From positions 806,786 through 870,785 of the forward strand of contig CBDEFO010000007.1 of the NCBI GenBank assembly GCA_965237525.1: a stretch of DNA of 64,000 bases. The letters are read 5' to 3'. Below are positions 49,648-60,755 of this stretch, piece by piece (position 1 is the stretch's first letter; each line of letters opens with the position of its first letter). Source of the DNA: Candidatus Latescibacterota bacterium (lineage in GTDB: Bacteria; Latescibacterota; CBDEFO01). The notes below the pieces were generated by a model. It was not told the DNA's origin. It saw only the letters and a program-made list of their open reading frames with translations, and ran no database searches. A program made the position numbers and the translations under genes.

Positions 49648-52271
49648 GATCGGCGGGAATAAGAGAAGAGTTCTTAAGATACTTTGAGAGCAAAGGCCAC
49701 AGGAGAATTCACAGCTCTCCTTTGATACCACACAACGATCCGACCCTGCTCTTTACAAACGCGGGCATGGTTCAGTTTAAGGATGTGTTGTTAGGGTCGG
49801 AAAAGAGGGACTATAAGCGGGCTGTTACCTCTCAAAAATGTATCCGCGCCGGAGGAAAACACAACGACCTTGAGAACGTGGGACGGACAGCCCGACATCA
49901 CACCTTCTTCGAGATGCTCGGCAACTTCTCCTTCGGCGACTACTTCAAGGAAGGGGCGATAGAATACGGCTGGGAACTTATGACCGATGTGATGGGGCTT
50001 CCCGAAGATAAGCTCTGGGTGTCCATATATAAAGACGACGACGACGCGGAGGAGATATGGATCCAAAAGATCGGGTTTCCGGCGGACAGGATCGTCAGGC
50101 TCGGCGACCTGGAGAAGGGCGATGAAGAAAACTTCTGGAGCATGGGCGACACAGGCCCATGCGGACCCTGCTCTGAGATCCTTATGGACCGCGGCGTCGA
50201 GTTCGGCTGCGGCAAACCTGACTGTCGGGTAGGATGCGACTGCGACAGGTACTATGAGCTCTGGAATCTGGTCTTTATGCAGTATACAAGAGACGAATCC
50301 GGGAAACTGACTGCCCTTCCCAAGCCGAGCATAGACACAGGCTTGGGACTGGAGAGGACATCAGCCGTGATGCAAAATGCGAACTCCGTCTTCGATACAG
50401 ACCTGTTCAGATCTATCATTTCGGCGATAGAGGAGATAACAGGCAAAGAGTACATTGCCGGCAATGGGAGCGTCCCGTTCAGAGTAATAGCCGATCACAT
50501 AAGAGCCCTCACGTTTGCCATCACAGACGCAGTCCTACCCTCCAACGAGGGGAGAGGCTATGTCTTGAGGCGGATATTGAGAAGAGCCGCACGATTCGGG
50601 CGGATGTTAGACATGCACGAGCCGTTCATATACAGGTTGGTCTCCACCACAGTGGACCTGATGGGAGGAGCCTATCCCGAAATCGTCGAAAAGGCTCAGC
50701 ATGTCTCCCTAGTGGTGAAATCCGAAGAGGAAAACTTTAGCAGGACGCTGGACAGAGGCATAAATAGGTTTGAGGAGATTGTAGGCAGGTTAAAGGAGGA
50801 GGGAAAAACGAGGATCTCCGGAGCCGATATCTTCAGACTCTACGATACATACGGTTTCCCTCCTGATCTTACACAGTTGATGGCAGAGGAAAAGGAGCTC
50901 TCCATAGACCTTGCTGGATTTGACAGAGAAATGCACTATCAAAGGGAAAGAGTCAAAAGCGCCTCCAGATTCCGGGCCGAAGATGAGGGAAACTGGATCA
51001 GCGTATCGGATAAAGAAAGCTCCAAATTCATAGGATATGACGAACTCCAGGCAGAGGCGGAGGCGATAAGATACAGGGTGGACGGCGATAAAGTCGATCT
51101 TATCCTGGATCTGACCTCCTTCTACGCCGAAGCAGGAGGTCAGATCGGAGACAGCGGCGTAATAAAGAACGAGGACATAACCATCCAAATAGACGACACC
51201 CTGCCGCAAGGGGGCGAAATAGTCCATAAGGGACATCTAATTGAGGGAGATATTGAGGCGATAAAAAAACAATTGACAGCCCAGGTCGATTCGGGTCACC
51301 GCCTCTCCACAGCCAGGAATCACACCGCCACGCACCTTCTCCACAGGGCTTTGAGACAAGTCCTCGGAGAGCATGTCCATCAGTCGGGATCTCTGGTAGC
51401 CCCCGACCGCCTGAGATTCGATTTTACACACTTTACGGGCCTGGACCCAGATCAGATCAGACACATTGAAGCGGTAGTTAACGGCAAGATAAGGGAGGAC
51501 ATTCAGCTGCAAGATTCTTACAGACCCTTAGATGAAGCGAAAAGTATGGGAGCTATGGCTCTCTTCGGAGAGAAGTACGACACTGTAGTCAGAGTCGTCG
51601 AAATAGGGGACTTCAGCATGGAACTGTGTGGAGGGACCCACGTCCGAAGGACTGGTGAATTGGGCCTGTTCAGAATCGTATCTGAGGGAGGCATAGCAGC
51701 GGGAGTCAGAAGAATCGAAGCCTTAAGCGGGGGTGAAGCGGAGCATCTGACCCATCAACAGAACAGGATACTATCGGAGATTGAGCATCTTCTAAACGTG
51801 CCTACAGAAGAAGTCGCAGATAGAGTGCAAAAGTTAATAGAGACAAACAGAGCCCTGGAAAGAGAGATTCAAAGGATCAAAGGCCGGTACGCCGTCTCCG
51901 AAGTGGACGAACTCGTAGAGAACGCTATAGACATAGACAACAGAAAAATAGTCTCCTCAAAGGTGGAAAGCAGAGATATGGACTCCTTCCGCAAGATGGC
52001 TGATTCTCTGAGAGATAAGCTCAAAAGCGGCGTTGGAGTCATAGGCATGATCTCAAACGGCAAAGTTTCCCTTTTGGCCGTCGTCACAGATGACCTTATA
52101 GAATCCGTGGGGCTAAAAGCGGGCGATCTAGTTAAAGACATCGCTGTGATAGTCGGCGGAGCTGGAGGTGGAAAGCCCCATTTAGCGCAGGCGGGCGGAA
52201 GAGATCCGGAGAAATTAGATGAGGCGTTAGGGAAAGTGGCGCAGATTGTCCAAGAGCGCCTTGAGCAGTAG
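49644..52271 (+). CDS. alaS: Alanine--tRNA ligase
   Basis: LFTNAGM, HHTFFEMLGNFS, HTATH, ELCGGTH, GGGK..AQAGG. Confidence 0.98.
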   Translation: MRSAGIREEFLRYFESKGHRRIHSSPLIPHNDPTLLFTNAGMVQFKDVLLGSEKRDYKRAVTSQKCIRAGGKHNDLENVGRTARHHTFFEMLGNFSFGDYFKEGAIEYGWELMTDVMGLPEDKLWVSIYKDDDDAEEIWIQKIGFPADRIVRLGDLEKGDEENFWSMGDTGPCGPCSEILMDRGVEFGCGKPDCRVGCDCDRYYELWNLVFMQYTRDESGKLTALPKPSIDTGLGLERTSAVMQNANSVFDTDLFRSIISAIEEITGKEYIAGNGSVPFRVIADHIRALTFAITDAVLPSNEGRGYVLRRILRRAARFGRMLDMHEPFIYRLVSTTVDLMGGAYPEIVEKAQHVSLVVKSEEENFSRTLDRGINRFEEIVGRLKEEGKTRISGADIFRLYDTYGFPPDLTQLMAEEKELSIDLAGFDREMHYQRERVKSASRFRAEDEGNWISVSDKESSKFIGYDELQAEAEAIRYRVDGDKVDLILDLTSFYAEAGGQIGDSGVIKNEDITIQIDDTLPQGGEIVHKGHLIEGDIEAIKKQLTAQVDSGHRLSTARNHTATHLLHRALRQVLGEHVHQSGSLVAPDRLRFDFTHFTGLDPDQIRHIEAVVNGKIREDIQLQDSYRPLDEAKSMGAMALFGEKYDTVVRVVEIGDFSMELCGGTHVRRTGELGLFRIVSEGGIAAGVRRIEALSGGEAEHLTHQQNRILSEIEHLLNVPTEEVADRVQKLIETNRALEREIQRIKGRYAVSEVDELVENAIDIDNRKIVSSKVESRDMDSFRKMADSLRDKLKSGVGVIGMISNGKVSLLAVVTDDLIESVGLKAGDLVKDIAVIVGGAGGGKPHLAQAGGRDPEKLDEALGKVAQIVQERLEQ

Positions 52272-52412
52272 ACAGGGTGCACCCTCCTCCCTTCCCTTCG
52301 AGATTGCTTCGCTTGGCTTGCAAATGAATAATTTGGCTTTCAACCCTCAGGCACTGCCAGAGCCAGAGTCCCGAAGCAATCTCCTGTATGATATGCCCTA
52401 AGAATTGGTGAA

Positions 52413-53162
52413 TTGATGTCCGTTTTTCAGTATCTACTCGATGTAAAACGTAAAAAAGGCGCGGGATTTTTAGTCCTGTTTGACCCGGGGTGTCTGGATG
52501 AGGCTAAGGTAGGGCAGATAGCTGCTGACTACCAGGACAGTGGAGCCGACGCGTTCTTAGTAGGGAGCAGTATTCTCCTTTCCGACAACTTCGGCAGAAC
52601 CATAAGAGAAATAAAGAAATCCTCAGATCTCCCTGTCATTATCTTCCCCAACGGTGTGGGACAGCTCTCTGACGATGCTGACGCCATCCTATTTATGTCA
52701 ATGATCAGCGGAAGAAACCCCGAACTTCTGATCGGTCAACAGGCAAAAGCTGCTCCTATCGTAAAGGACACCGGCCTGGAAGCTATATCTACAGGTTATA
52801 TGATAATAGAATCCGGCAGGACAACGTCAGTCGAGTATATGAGTGGGACAAAGCCTATTCCGAGAGATACGCCCGAAATAGCCATGGCGCACGCTCTGGC
52901 AGCAGAGTACCTGGGGATGAAGTGCGTCTATTTAGACGCTGGAAGCGGAGCCGCGATGCCTATCTCCGACGAGATGTTGACTTCTGTAGTAGAATATATC
53001 TCTCTGCCCCTTATTGCGGGAGGCGGTATAAGAGAGCCCGAAACCTCCAGAGGCAAAGTACAAGCCGGCGCCTCCTTTGTGGTCGTGGGCAGTGCGCTGG
53101 AAAAAGATACCACTGGACATCTGGCAGAAGAGTTCGCAGATGCTATTCATATTAAGGAGTAG
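52413..53162 (+). CDS. Geranylgeranylglyceryl/heptaprenylglyceryl phosphate synthase (group II-like)
   Basis: LFDP, VGSS, SMISGRNP, YLDAGSGA, GGGIR. Confidence 0.88.
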   Translation: MMSVFQYLLDVKRKKGAGFLVLFDPGCLDEAKVGQIAADYQDSGADAFLVGSSILLSDNFGRTIREIKKSSDLPVIIFPNGVGQLSDDADAILFMSMISGRNPELLIGQQAKAAPIVKDTGLEAISTGYMIIESGRTTSVEYMSGTKPIPRDTPEIAMAHALAAEYLGMKCVYLDAGSGAAMPISDEMLTSVVEYISLPLIAGGGIREPETSRGKVQAGASFVVVGSALEKDTTGHLAEEFADAIHIKE

Positions 53163-53168
53163 CCTACT

Positions 53169-53972
53169 TTGGTGGACATACACTCCCATATCTTGCCCTC
53201 TGTGGACGACGGCGCAAAAGATATAGACGAATCTATAGAAATGATAAAAACCGCTATTGACGACGGCATAGAGGCTGTAGTAGCTACGTCCCACGTTTTG
53301 AATAATCTGAACCGGGAGATAGATGAACTTTACAGGAGCAGATTTGATCAGCTATCCGAGAGGGTTCAAAAAGAAAACCTGCCCATAAAGGTGTTCCTGG
53401 GCTCGGAGATAATGTTTCAGTTTGGCCTGAAGGCGGCGAAAGACCTTGGAATTGCCACCTTAGATGGAAATGGCAAATATTTTCTCATAGAAGTTCCGAT
53501 GAGATCATTTCCGGATCAGTTCGAGGATGCGATGTTTAAAATGAGAGCTGCAGGCCTCACCTCCATTCTGGCGCATCCCGAGCGGAACGCTGTACTCGGA
53601 AACGATGAAGAGCTTGTATACCGACTTGCCAATCAGGGAGTCCTCCTTCAGATCAATGCTTCCAGTCTATCCCCAAGAGCCCGAAGCCGTATTAGAGAGG
53701 CAGCGTGGAACATGATCACAAAGGGCTTAGTGCACTTTATAGCCACAGATGCGCACGACCTAGCCTCACGTCCCTTGATATTAAGCAGAGCAAGAGACGC
53801 GGTAAGAGAAGAATTGGGAGAAGAAACAGCACAGAGACTATTCTACGAGAATCCCTGGAAGGCGATAAGAGGAGAACGCATCAAGGCAGAGCCTACATAC
53901 AGACCCCAGAAGCAGAAAAAGAGGGGAATTTTTGGCAATCTATGGAGAAACCTTGTGGGAACTCCTGATTAG
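53169..53972 (+). CDS. CpsB/CapC PHP-family tyrosine phosphatase
   Basis: DIHSHILP..DDG, ATSH, AHPERN, ATDAH. Confidence 0.9.
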   Translation: MVDIHSHILPSVDDGAKDIDESIEMIKTAIDDGIEAVVATSHVLNNLNREIDELYRSRFDQLSERVQKENLPIKVFLGSEIMFQFGLKAAKDLGIATLDGNGKYFLIEVPMRSFPDQFEDAMFKMRAAGLTSILAHPERNAVLGNDEELVYRLANQGVLLQINASSLSPRARSRIREAAWNMITKGLVHFIATDAHDLASRPLILSRARDAVREELGEETAQRLFYENPWKAIRGERIKAEPTYRPQKQKKRGIFGNLWRNLVGTPD

Positions 53973-53975
53973 GTT

Positions 53976-54431
53976 TCAAAGAGCATGTCTTTTCCTTCCC
54001 CACGCAAGCCATCCTGCATAGATAGCCATCGTCCCCGCTGGAAACGTGGCGATCCCAGCTAGAATTGACAAGATAGATCCTATCCTGTTGCTCCTTCCTT
54101 GAGAGAGTATTCCTCCGAGCATAACCGCAATCCCCGAAAGGATTGTAGCGTTTGCCCAAGAGCCCGAGTAAGTTGTGCAGTATCTCCAGCAGGCTATGGA
54201 GCAGTCGGGCTGCCATATATAAGTGTGATGCGGCTTATCCCACCAGAACATATAGTAGATCCCGCACGATGCGACCGCTATTCCTACTAATAAAGGCAGA
54301 ATTGTCATAAAGAGCCGATCGCAGCCCACTCCCTTCCGTCTCCTCCACATCTGAAAAAGAGTGATCGATAGAAGAGGCGTAAAGATAGTTAAGGCCCATT
54401 CACCCCAAGGATACCATTTCAACAGTTTCAC
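53976..54431 (-). CDS. Hypothetical membrane protein
   Basis: About four hydrophobic helices; GAGG RBS before TTG. Confidence 0.55.
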   Translation of the reverse strand: MKLLKWYPWGEWALTIFTPLLSITLFQMWRRRKGVGCDRLFMTILPLLVGIAVASCGIYYMFWWDKPHHTYIWQPDCSIACWRYCTTYSGSWANATILSGIAVMLGGILSQGRSNRIGSILSILAGIATFPAGTMAIYAGWLAWGRKRHAL

Positions 54432-54485
54432 CTCTTGACATTTTGTAGCTTGCTACTTAAATTGACTCTGCGGAGGTCGTAATTT

Positions 54486-54746
54486 ATGATATGTGAAAGA
54501 TGCGGCGTCAACCAAGTCTCCAAAGTGACCACAGAGATAGTAGACGGAGAAAAGGTAGCTATCTTCCTCTGCAAGCGATGTCGGGAATCGAGCAAAGATG
54601 AAGAAGGTGCTATCCCTGATCTCAACAGACCTTGTCCCTTGTGCCGTAGGAGAGAAGGGACGGTCAAGTTAACTCAATTGCAAGGAGACAACAGAAGAGT
54701 ACGGTTCCTGTGCGACGAATGTCCCAGATCTCTATCGGCGATTTGA
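54486..54746 (+). CDS. McsA-like double CxxC zinc-binding protein
   Basis: Two tandem CxxC..LCxxC units; GGAGG RBS. Confidence 0.6.
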   Translation: MICERCGVNQVSKVTTEIVDGEKVAIFLCKRCRESSKDEEGAIPDLNRPCPLCRRREGTVKLTQLQGDNRRVRFLCDECPRSLSAI

Positions 54747-54849
54747 CAAGTCAGCACAGTTAGGTCTTGGTAATACGTTGTGGAACAGTCGGATACCTCC
54801 TATAACCTAAAACACATTCACACACTATAGCAGGAGGAAAATTATCTAA

Positions 54850-55209
54850 ATGAACGCTTTGGAAAAGACGCCTGCGGATATGGACGCAGACCCTTCAAAA
54901 AAGACGATAACCATCGTGTGGAAGGACAGCCATACTAGTGTCTATCCTTACGACTACATAAGAAAGAACTGTCCGTGCGCGCATTGCAAGGACTCCAAGG
55001 AAAGTCAAAAACGTTCGCCAGGCGGAGGTCTGGTTGAACTGAAGCTCATCAATGAGGACGTAGTTGGAACGAGCAGCGACATCGTAGAAGTGGAGGACGT
55101 AGGACGATACGCACTCAAGTTCACCTGGGGAGACGGACACGATACAGGGATATACTCATTTGAGCATTTAAGGGAAATATGCCCTTGTGATAAATGCAAA
55201 GAGGCTTAG
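54850..55209 (+). CDS. DUF971 family protein
   Basis: WKDSH, CPCAHC, VGRYAL..W.DGH.TGIY. Confidence 0.88.
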   Translation: MNALEKTPADMDADPSKKTITIVWKDSHTSVYPYDYIRKNCPCAHCKDSKESQKRSPGGGLVELKLINEDVVGTSSDIVEVEDVGRYALKFTWGDGHDTGIYSFEHLREICPCDKCKEA

Positions 55210-55504
55210 ACCCAATTAGTCAGTAATCAGGGAAAGGCAGCGAGGCTTTGTATGTGTGGTTTATCCGTTCTATATAGGGGCGAGCCTTGGTGTTCGCCCA
55301 AGATTTCAGGGCCAATCCATGCGTCTTCCCCTACGGATGATCAAAGTAAAGACCTATTCTCCATCAGTCCTGGAACCCCGGCAGAGGTGGCAAAGCTGGG
55401 GCGTTAGACAAACGCGCCCTTATCAGATAGGCATCTTAACCTGCCCTCTTATTCTTCTCCTATCAGAAACAGTCCTTTGAGCTTCTCACGCTCTTTCTCC
55501 GAGA

Positions 55505-56548
55505 TTAGCAGTAGACTGGTACCGGCAAGTAATCGTCCGCAGACGGCGAACCTCCCAAAAGTCTGAGAGATATTCTTCTAAACTCCTTGAGTTCATCTTT
55601 CCCCCCAGCCTCTTTGAATAACAAGCACCTGGACACGGTATTATCCATGAACGCTTCGGCCTGAGAGGGACTCAAACCAAGTCTTTTGAAGAGCCATCCC
55701 GCTTTGCACCCGAATTTATAAGCCCTCTTGCCCTCTCCATACGTAGTTACTGGTTGCTCATCGTACCCTATCCTTTTGACTTCTCCTATTATTCCCCCTT
55801 GCAGAGCCACTTCGACTATGGGAGCTATCTCGGGGCCGTAGCGCAGTATGTCGAAGTCCGCCGACGATGCTTCACGGGTAGAAAGCGCTGCCACTATATA
55901 CTTTACGGCCGATAAGTTGTAGAGCTTATAACCACTCTGGAAGTCTGGGACATCTGCATACACGGCCGCATATCTGGTGTCCAATACCACTCCCCGACCC
56001 GCTAACTTGAACTTAATCCCGTCGAGCACGAGTTTGTTGATTATCAACTCGTATTCTCCCCTTTGAAATCCCAGTGGCCTGTGGAGTTCAGACCTTCTAC
56101 CTATCACTACGGATGGAACGTCTTCGTTTTCCCTTTCTATCTGCTTGGATATGCGAAATAAGTTCAAAAGATCGTTTATGAAGTGATCCCCATCCGCGTC
56201 CCTCACCGCGACGAAACCAACCCTTTCATCTTCAAGAAGAACCTTCATACCATCAAGAACAGCGGCTCCTTTTCCCCTATTTTCAGCGCTGTACATGACT
56301 TCAAACGGAGCCATCTCCTCCCGAAGTTTCTCGGCAATCTCAAGGCATCTGTCGCATCCGTCTATCACCACCTTAATCAGCTTCGGAGACACACATACCT
56401 CGCAGTCCTTGAGAGTCGTTGCAAGTATAAGTCTTATCCTGTCCTGTGGAACTTCGTCCGGGAACCAAACGGGGATCACCATGCCCATTTCCTCTTTCAT
56501 CTGGGCTATGGAGTAGTAGTTATCAAGCGACGGATAGTATTTACTCAT
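55505..56548 (-). CDS. Glycosyltransferase family 2-like protein
   Basis: VIPV, VIDG, NRGKGAA, DADGDH, DFQSGYK. Confidence 0.75.
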   Translation of the reverse strand: MSKYYPSLDNYYSIAQMKEEMGMVIPVWFPDEVPQDRIRLILATTLKDCEVCVSPKLIKVVIDGCDRCLEIAEKLREEMAPFEVMYSAENRGKGAAVLDGMKVLLEDERVGFVAVRDADGDHFINDLLNLFRISKQIERENEDVPSVVIGRRSELHRPLGFQRGEYELIINKLVLDGIKFKLAGRGVVLDTRYAAVYADVPDFQSGYKLYNLSAVKYIVAALSTREASSADFDILRYGPEIAPIVEVALQGGIIGEVKRIGYDEQPVTTYGEGKRAYKFGCKAGWLFKRLGLSPSQAEAFMDNTVSRCLLFKEAGGKDELKEFRRISLRLLGGSPSADDYLPVPVYC

Positions 56549-56559
56549 AATTCTTGATC

Positions 56560-57172
56560 CTACAACCTTCCTGAACGAAGTATTCCTATCACGAGCCATA
56601 TACCCAATACCCCCGCAAAACAGAGCCCAAGAATGCCAATGACAGAATATCCCAAAAACTCAGGCCCCTTATCCAAGACGTATGAAGATCCGACGATGAG
56701 TGCAGCTATCAAGAGGCTGAAAGAAAGGCGATTGGACGCCCTATCCATCCCAGTGATAAATCTGTTAATCTTCTGGTGCTGTATCTCCAACGTAAAATTG
56801 CCCCTATCTCTTTTCCCAGATATCGTTCTATCTCTGGCTTTATGACACTAAACTCCACCGGAGGCACTTCGTCTTGGAGTTTAGTCAACTCCTCGCAAGC
56901 TCCCTGGGGATCAGAAACGGACGCATACTGAGCGCCTGCCACAATTTGACGAAGGTAGGTCCCAACTCCTCTAATGCCAATCTGAGCCTGACAGCGTAGG
57001 ATTTGTCATCCCACTCCTTCGTAAGCCTGAAAAGCTTCCTGGCGAACCCGAAGCGATAGACAAGGTCCAGCCTGACCAGAATCTCGCTGAAGCCGTACCT
57101 AATCAACACCGCCACAATTTGACGGTATCTCTTCAGGTTCCTGTAGCTTCTCTCAATCCTCGGAATATGCAT
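56560..57172 (-). pseudogene. UbiB/AarF (ABC1) kinase remnant: frameshift plus large internal deletion
   Basis: RLRLALEELGPTFVKL.Q, ELTKLQDEVPP then direct jump to C-terminal NRLSFSLLIAALIVGSS; kinase core absent. Confidence 0.8.
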
Positions 57173-57419
57173 CGTCCAGATTTACTGATAGCAGCTTAGA
57201 CAACGGTCTATACGGATAACAAGAGTATGTGCGTGCACAACTAAAATACGAAAAATGCCTCTTAACTTCAAGGGAAATCTATCAGGTGTGCGCAGAAGAA
57301 CGATAAACTTTTCTCCAAAATCTGCACTCACTACTTACACTTGACGACAGAGCCTAAATACCGTATCTTTAAGAGAGAAATGTAAGTCCACAATGGGCTT
57401 CGAACAGGAGGCCACTGAA

Positions 57420-57917
57420 GTGAAGCGAACAATCTTAATCTTACATACTACTCTGATCCTACTAGTCACTTTAAATTCGCCTGCCTATGCACAGGATCTT
57501 TTCGGACTTCCAACTAATTATACTGCTGGGGATAATCCTGTATCAGTTTTCAGTGAGGATTTAGATGGGGACGGAGACAATGACTTAGCTGTAGCTAATG
57601 AGGTCAGCAGTAATGTATAAGTGTTGATGAATCTCTCTGGTATACTTACTGATATAAGCGCATATGTAGAACCATGATTAATTGTTACAATGATAAATTA
57701 CGATCTCCCTGTCCAAAGTCACATTAACATATCTGTCTATAATATTATGGGACAGAAAGTTGTAAGATTGGAAGACAAAGCAATGGATGCAGGAAGCCAT
57801 TCTATAGTCTGGGATGGAAAAGATGAAAGCGGCAGCAATGTCGCATGTGGGATCTACCTTTACAAGTTGAACCTTGAAGGCTTTGAATCGTTAAGAAAAA
57901 TTATGCTCCTCCGTTAA
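57420..57917 (+). pseudogene. Remnant of secreted FG-GAP + FlgD-Ig protein
   Basis: Signal peptide, one DLDGDGDNDLAVAN repeat, stop at 57618, then partial FlgD-Ig (YNIMGQKV..WDGKD..GIYLY). Confidence 0.7.
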
Positions 57918-57946
57918 AAGTGAAAAGAGCTTCAAAGGAGAACCCC

Positions 57947-59306
57947 ATGGATTCAACAGAAAACGATGTCCTTGCACCCGAATACCTCGAACGCATAGTC
58001 TTAGACTTAACACAGATGAGCGAGTTTGTACAGGATCCGCTCATCATGGCAAAAGCCGACGGAGTGTGTTACGAGGATGTGAACGGAAAACGCTATCTGG
58101 ACGGGATTTCGGGCATTTTCGTAGTCACAGTCGGGCACAACAATCGCAGGATCATAGAGGCTATCAGAGAACAGCTCGATACACTGGCATTTTCCCCTCC
58201 CATGCACTCTACGAATACCCGCGCTGTCCAGCTCGTGAAACTGATCTCCGAAATCACGCCCGGTGACCTGAACACCGTAAAACTTCTAAGCGGCGGCTCA
58301 GAAGCCACAGAAGGAGCGATGAAACTCGCCCGCCAGTATCATAATCAGACCGGCAATCCCACAAAGTACAAGATAATATCTCGATATCTTGGCTATCACG
58401 GGGCCACGTTTGGAGCGCTAAGCGCATCTGGAACACAGAGGCGAAAGAGGATGTTCGAACCCACACTCTCAGGATTTATACATGTATTCCCGCCAACCTG
58501 CTATCGCTGTCCCTTTGAAAAGGAATATCCATCCTGCGAAGTCCTGTGCGCCTCGATCATCGAAGATACGATAAAACTTGAGGGTCCCAGCACTGTCGCG
58601 GCCATCATAATGGAGCCGATAGGAAACACGGGAGGTATCGTTACGGCCGCCCCCTGAATACTTTCCTATGATACGAGAGATCTGCGATAAGTACGACATC
58701 CTTTTGATCTTTGACGAGATAATAACGGGCTTCGGCCGCACAGGAGAGATGTTCGCAGCACAGACATTTCACACCACGCCCGACATAATATGCATGGGGA
58801 AAGGGATGTCCAGCGGCTACGCTCCCCTTGCGGCTATTGCAATGAGCGACAAGGTGGCCTCAGCCTTCTGGGGAAAGCCCGAAGACGAGGTCGAGTTTTC
58901 ACATGGACATACGTACGGGGGGAATCCAGTCGCTTCCGCGGCGGGAATAGCCTGCATAAGCCAGATTATAGAAAAAGACCTCCCCAAAAGAGCGCGCGAA
59001 ATGGGTGCATACCTGTGGTCCAAACTTGAGGACTTAAGGGAGAAAACAGGAATCATAGGAGATATAAGGGGTAAGGGACTCTTTTTAGGAGTAGAATTCG
59101 TGGTGGACACAGCCACAAAAGAGCCGTTCTCAGACGATCTCAACTTCGGGACTCAGGTCGGAAAGCGGGCGATCAAGAACGGACTCCTCACGCGCTTCGA
59201 TCCTCACTGGATAGCCTTCGGACCGCCCCTTATAGTAACTGAACAGGAAATAGACTACATGATGGACGTATTCGAAAAGAGCATATACGAAGTCTTAGAT
59301 AGATGA
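57947..59306 (+). pseudogene. Class III aminotransferase, single frameshift near 58646
   Basis: GGSEA, YHG, EPIG..GG in one frame; IFDEIITGFGRTG..GKG, HGHTY in another. Confidence 0.85.
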
Positions 59307-59944
59307 GCATGATAGTAAACGAGATATTCTACAGCATTCAGGGAGAGTCCACGTACGCAGGGCGTCCGTGCGTCTTTGTAAGGCTCACCGGATGCAATTT
59401 AAGGTGCGTCTGGTGTGATACAACTTATTCCTTTTACGAGGGGACCAAGATGTCGGTTGATGAGATCATGGAAAAGGTCAAAAGCTACGGGTGTCCCCTT
59501 GTGGAGATCACAGGCGGAGAACCTCTGCTCCAGAAAGCGGTCAGGGATCTTATGGAGGCACTCCTTGAAGAGGACTTTGAGGTCCTGTTAGAGACCAGCG
59601 GGAGCCTCCCCGTAGATAAAGTGCCGGAGGAAGTGATAAGGATTATAGACCTGAAACCTCCTGACAGCGGAGAATCGGATAAAATATGCTGGGAGATACT
59701 GGATGACCTGCGACCGAGGGACCAGATAAAGTTCGTGATCTCGAGCCGAAAAGCCTATGAATGGTCAAAAGAAGTCATAGAAAGACACAAGCTATCCGAA
59801 AAGGTAACACTTTTGATGTCCCCGGCGTTCGAAGAAATCGAATACAGAGACATAGCAGGGTGGATCCTGCAAGACCGCCTCCCCGTAAGGATGCAGATTC
59901 AGATGCACAAGTTCATATTCGACCCGAACCAACGGGGAATATAA
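59303..59944 (+). CDS. queE: 7-carboxy-7-deazaguanine synthase (radical SAM)
   Basis: EIFYSIQGE, CNLRCVWCDT, ITGGEP, QMHK. Confidence 0.93.
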   Translation: MSMIVNEIFYSIQGESTYAGRPCVFVRLTGCNLRCVWCDTTYSFYEGTKMSVDEIMEKVKSYGCPLVEITGGEPLLQKAVRDLMEALLEEDFEVLLETSGSLPVDKVPEEVIRIIDLKPPDSGESDKICWEILDDLRPRDQIKFVISSRKAYEWSKEVIERHKLSEKVTLLMSPAFEEIEYRDIAGWILQDRLPVRMQIQMHKFIFDPNQRGI

Positions 59945-60615
59945 TGAACATAGCCTTAGTTCTCCTATCCGGCGGGATGGACTCGGCCACCTGCCTCTGG
60001 TGGTTCAAGGATAGAGGTATAGGACAATTATATACCCTTTCGTTCGATTACAACCAGCGGCACAAGATAGAGTTGGAATACAGCCGAAAACTTTCGCACA
60101 TCGCAGGAGCAGTCCGGCACAAAGTTATCGGTGCTGACCTGACTCAGATAGGCGGAAGTCCGCTGACCGATCCCAATATTGACGTCCCTGCGGCCTCCGA
60201 TGGTACGCAGATTCAGACAGTTGTGCCCTTCAGAAACACTATCTTTATGGCACTATCGGCCGCCTACGCGGAGACAGAAGGAATAGAAAACATTTGCATC
60301 GCTGCCGTAAAGGACGACTACGCAGCATACCGAGATTGCCGGAGAGAGTTCTACGACAGTCTTGAGCAGGCCCTGAGCCTGGGAGCTACCAGAGAACGCG
60401 CTATCTGCATCCATACTCCCCTGATCCACATGTGGAAGTCACAGGTCGTAGCCACAGGTTTGAAACTCGGCGTTCCGTACGAACACACCCATACTTGCTA
60501 TGAGGGAAAACGCCCCGCCTGCGGAGTCTGCGACGCTTGCGTCGAACGCATCCAAGCCTTTAAAGCCAACGGCGTGGATGACCCTCTGGAGTATGAATCC
60601 AAGAGCAAGCAATAA
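59944..60615 (+). CDS. queC: 7-cyano-7-deazaguanine synthase, paralogue 1
   Basis: SGGMDS, VPFRN, Y.DCR, TCY..CGVCDAC. Confidence 0.92.
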   Translation: MNIALVLLSGGMDSATCLWWFKDRGIGQLYTLSFDYNQRHKIELEYSRKLSHIAGAVRHKVIGADLTQIGGSPLTDPNIDVPAASDGTQIQTVVPFRNTIFMALSAAYAETEGIENICIAAVKDDYAAYRDCRREFYDSLEQALSLGATRERAICIHTPLIHMWKSQVVATGLKLGVPYEHTHTCYEGKRPACGVCDACVERIQAFKANGVDDPLEYESKSKQ

Positions 60616-60755
60616 GTGAAGGTCCAAGTTGAGAAATGTCGTTGTGAGGGATGAAACCTGGTGGATGAGACATTCCAGTCTGACAAAGCAATCGCACCTG
60701 TCTCTTGAACAGACAAGAATGTCTGTTCTACTGTCTGTGTTGAGATGAAAGGAAG

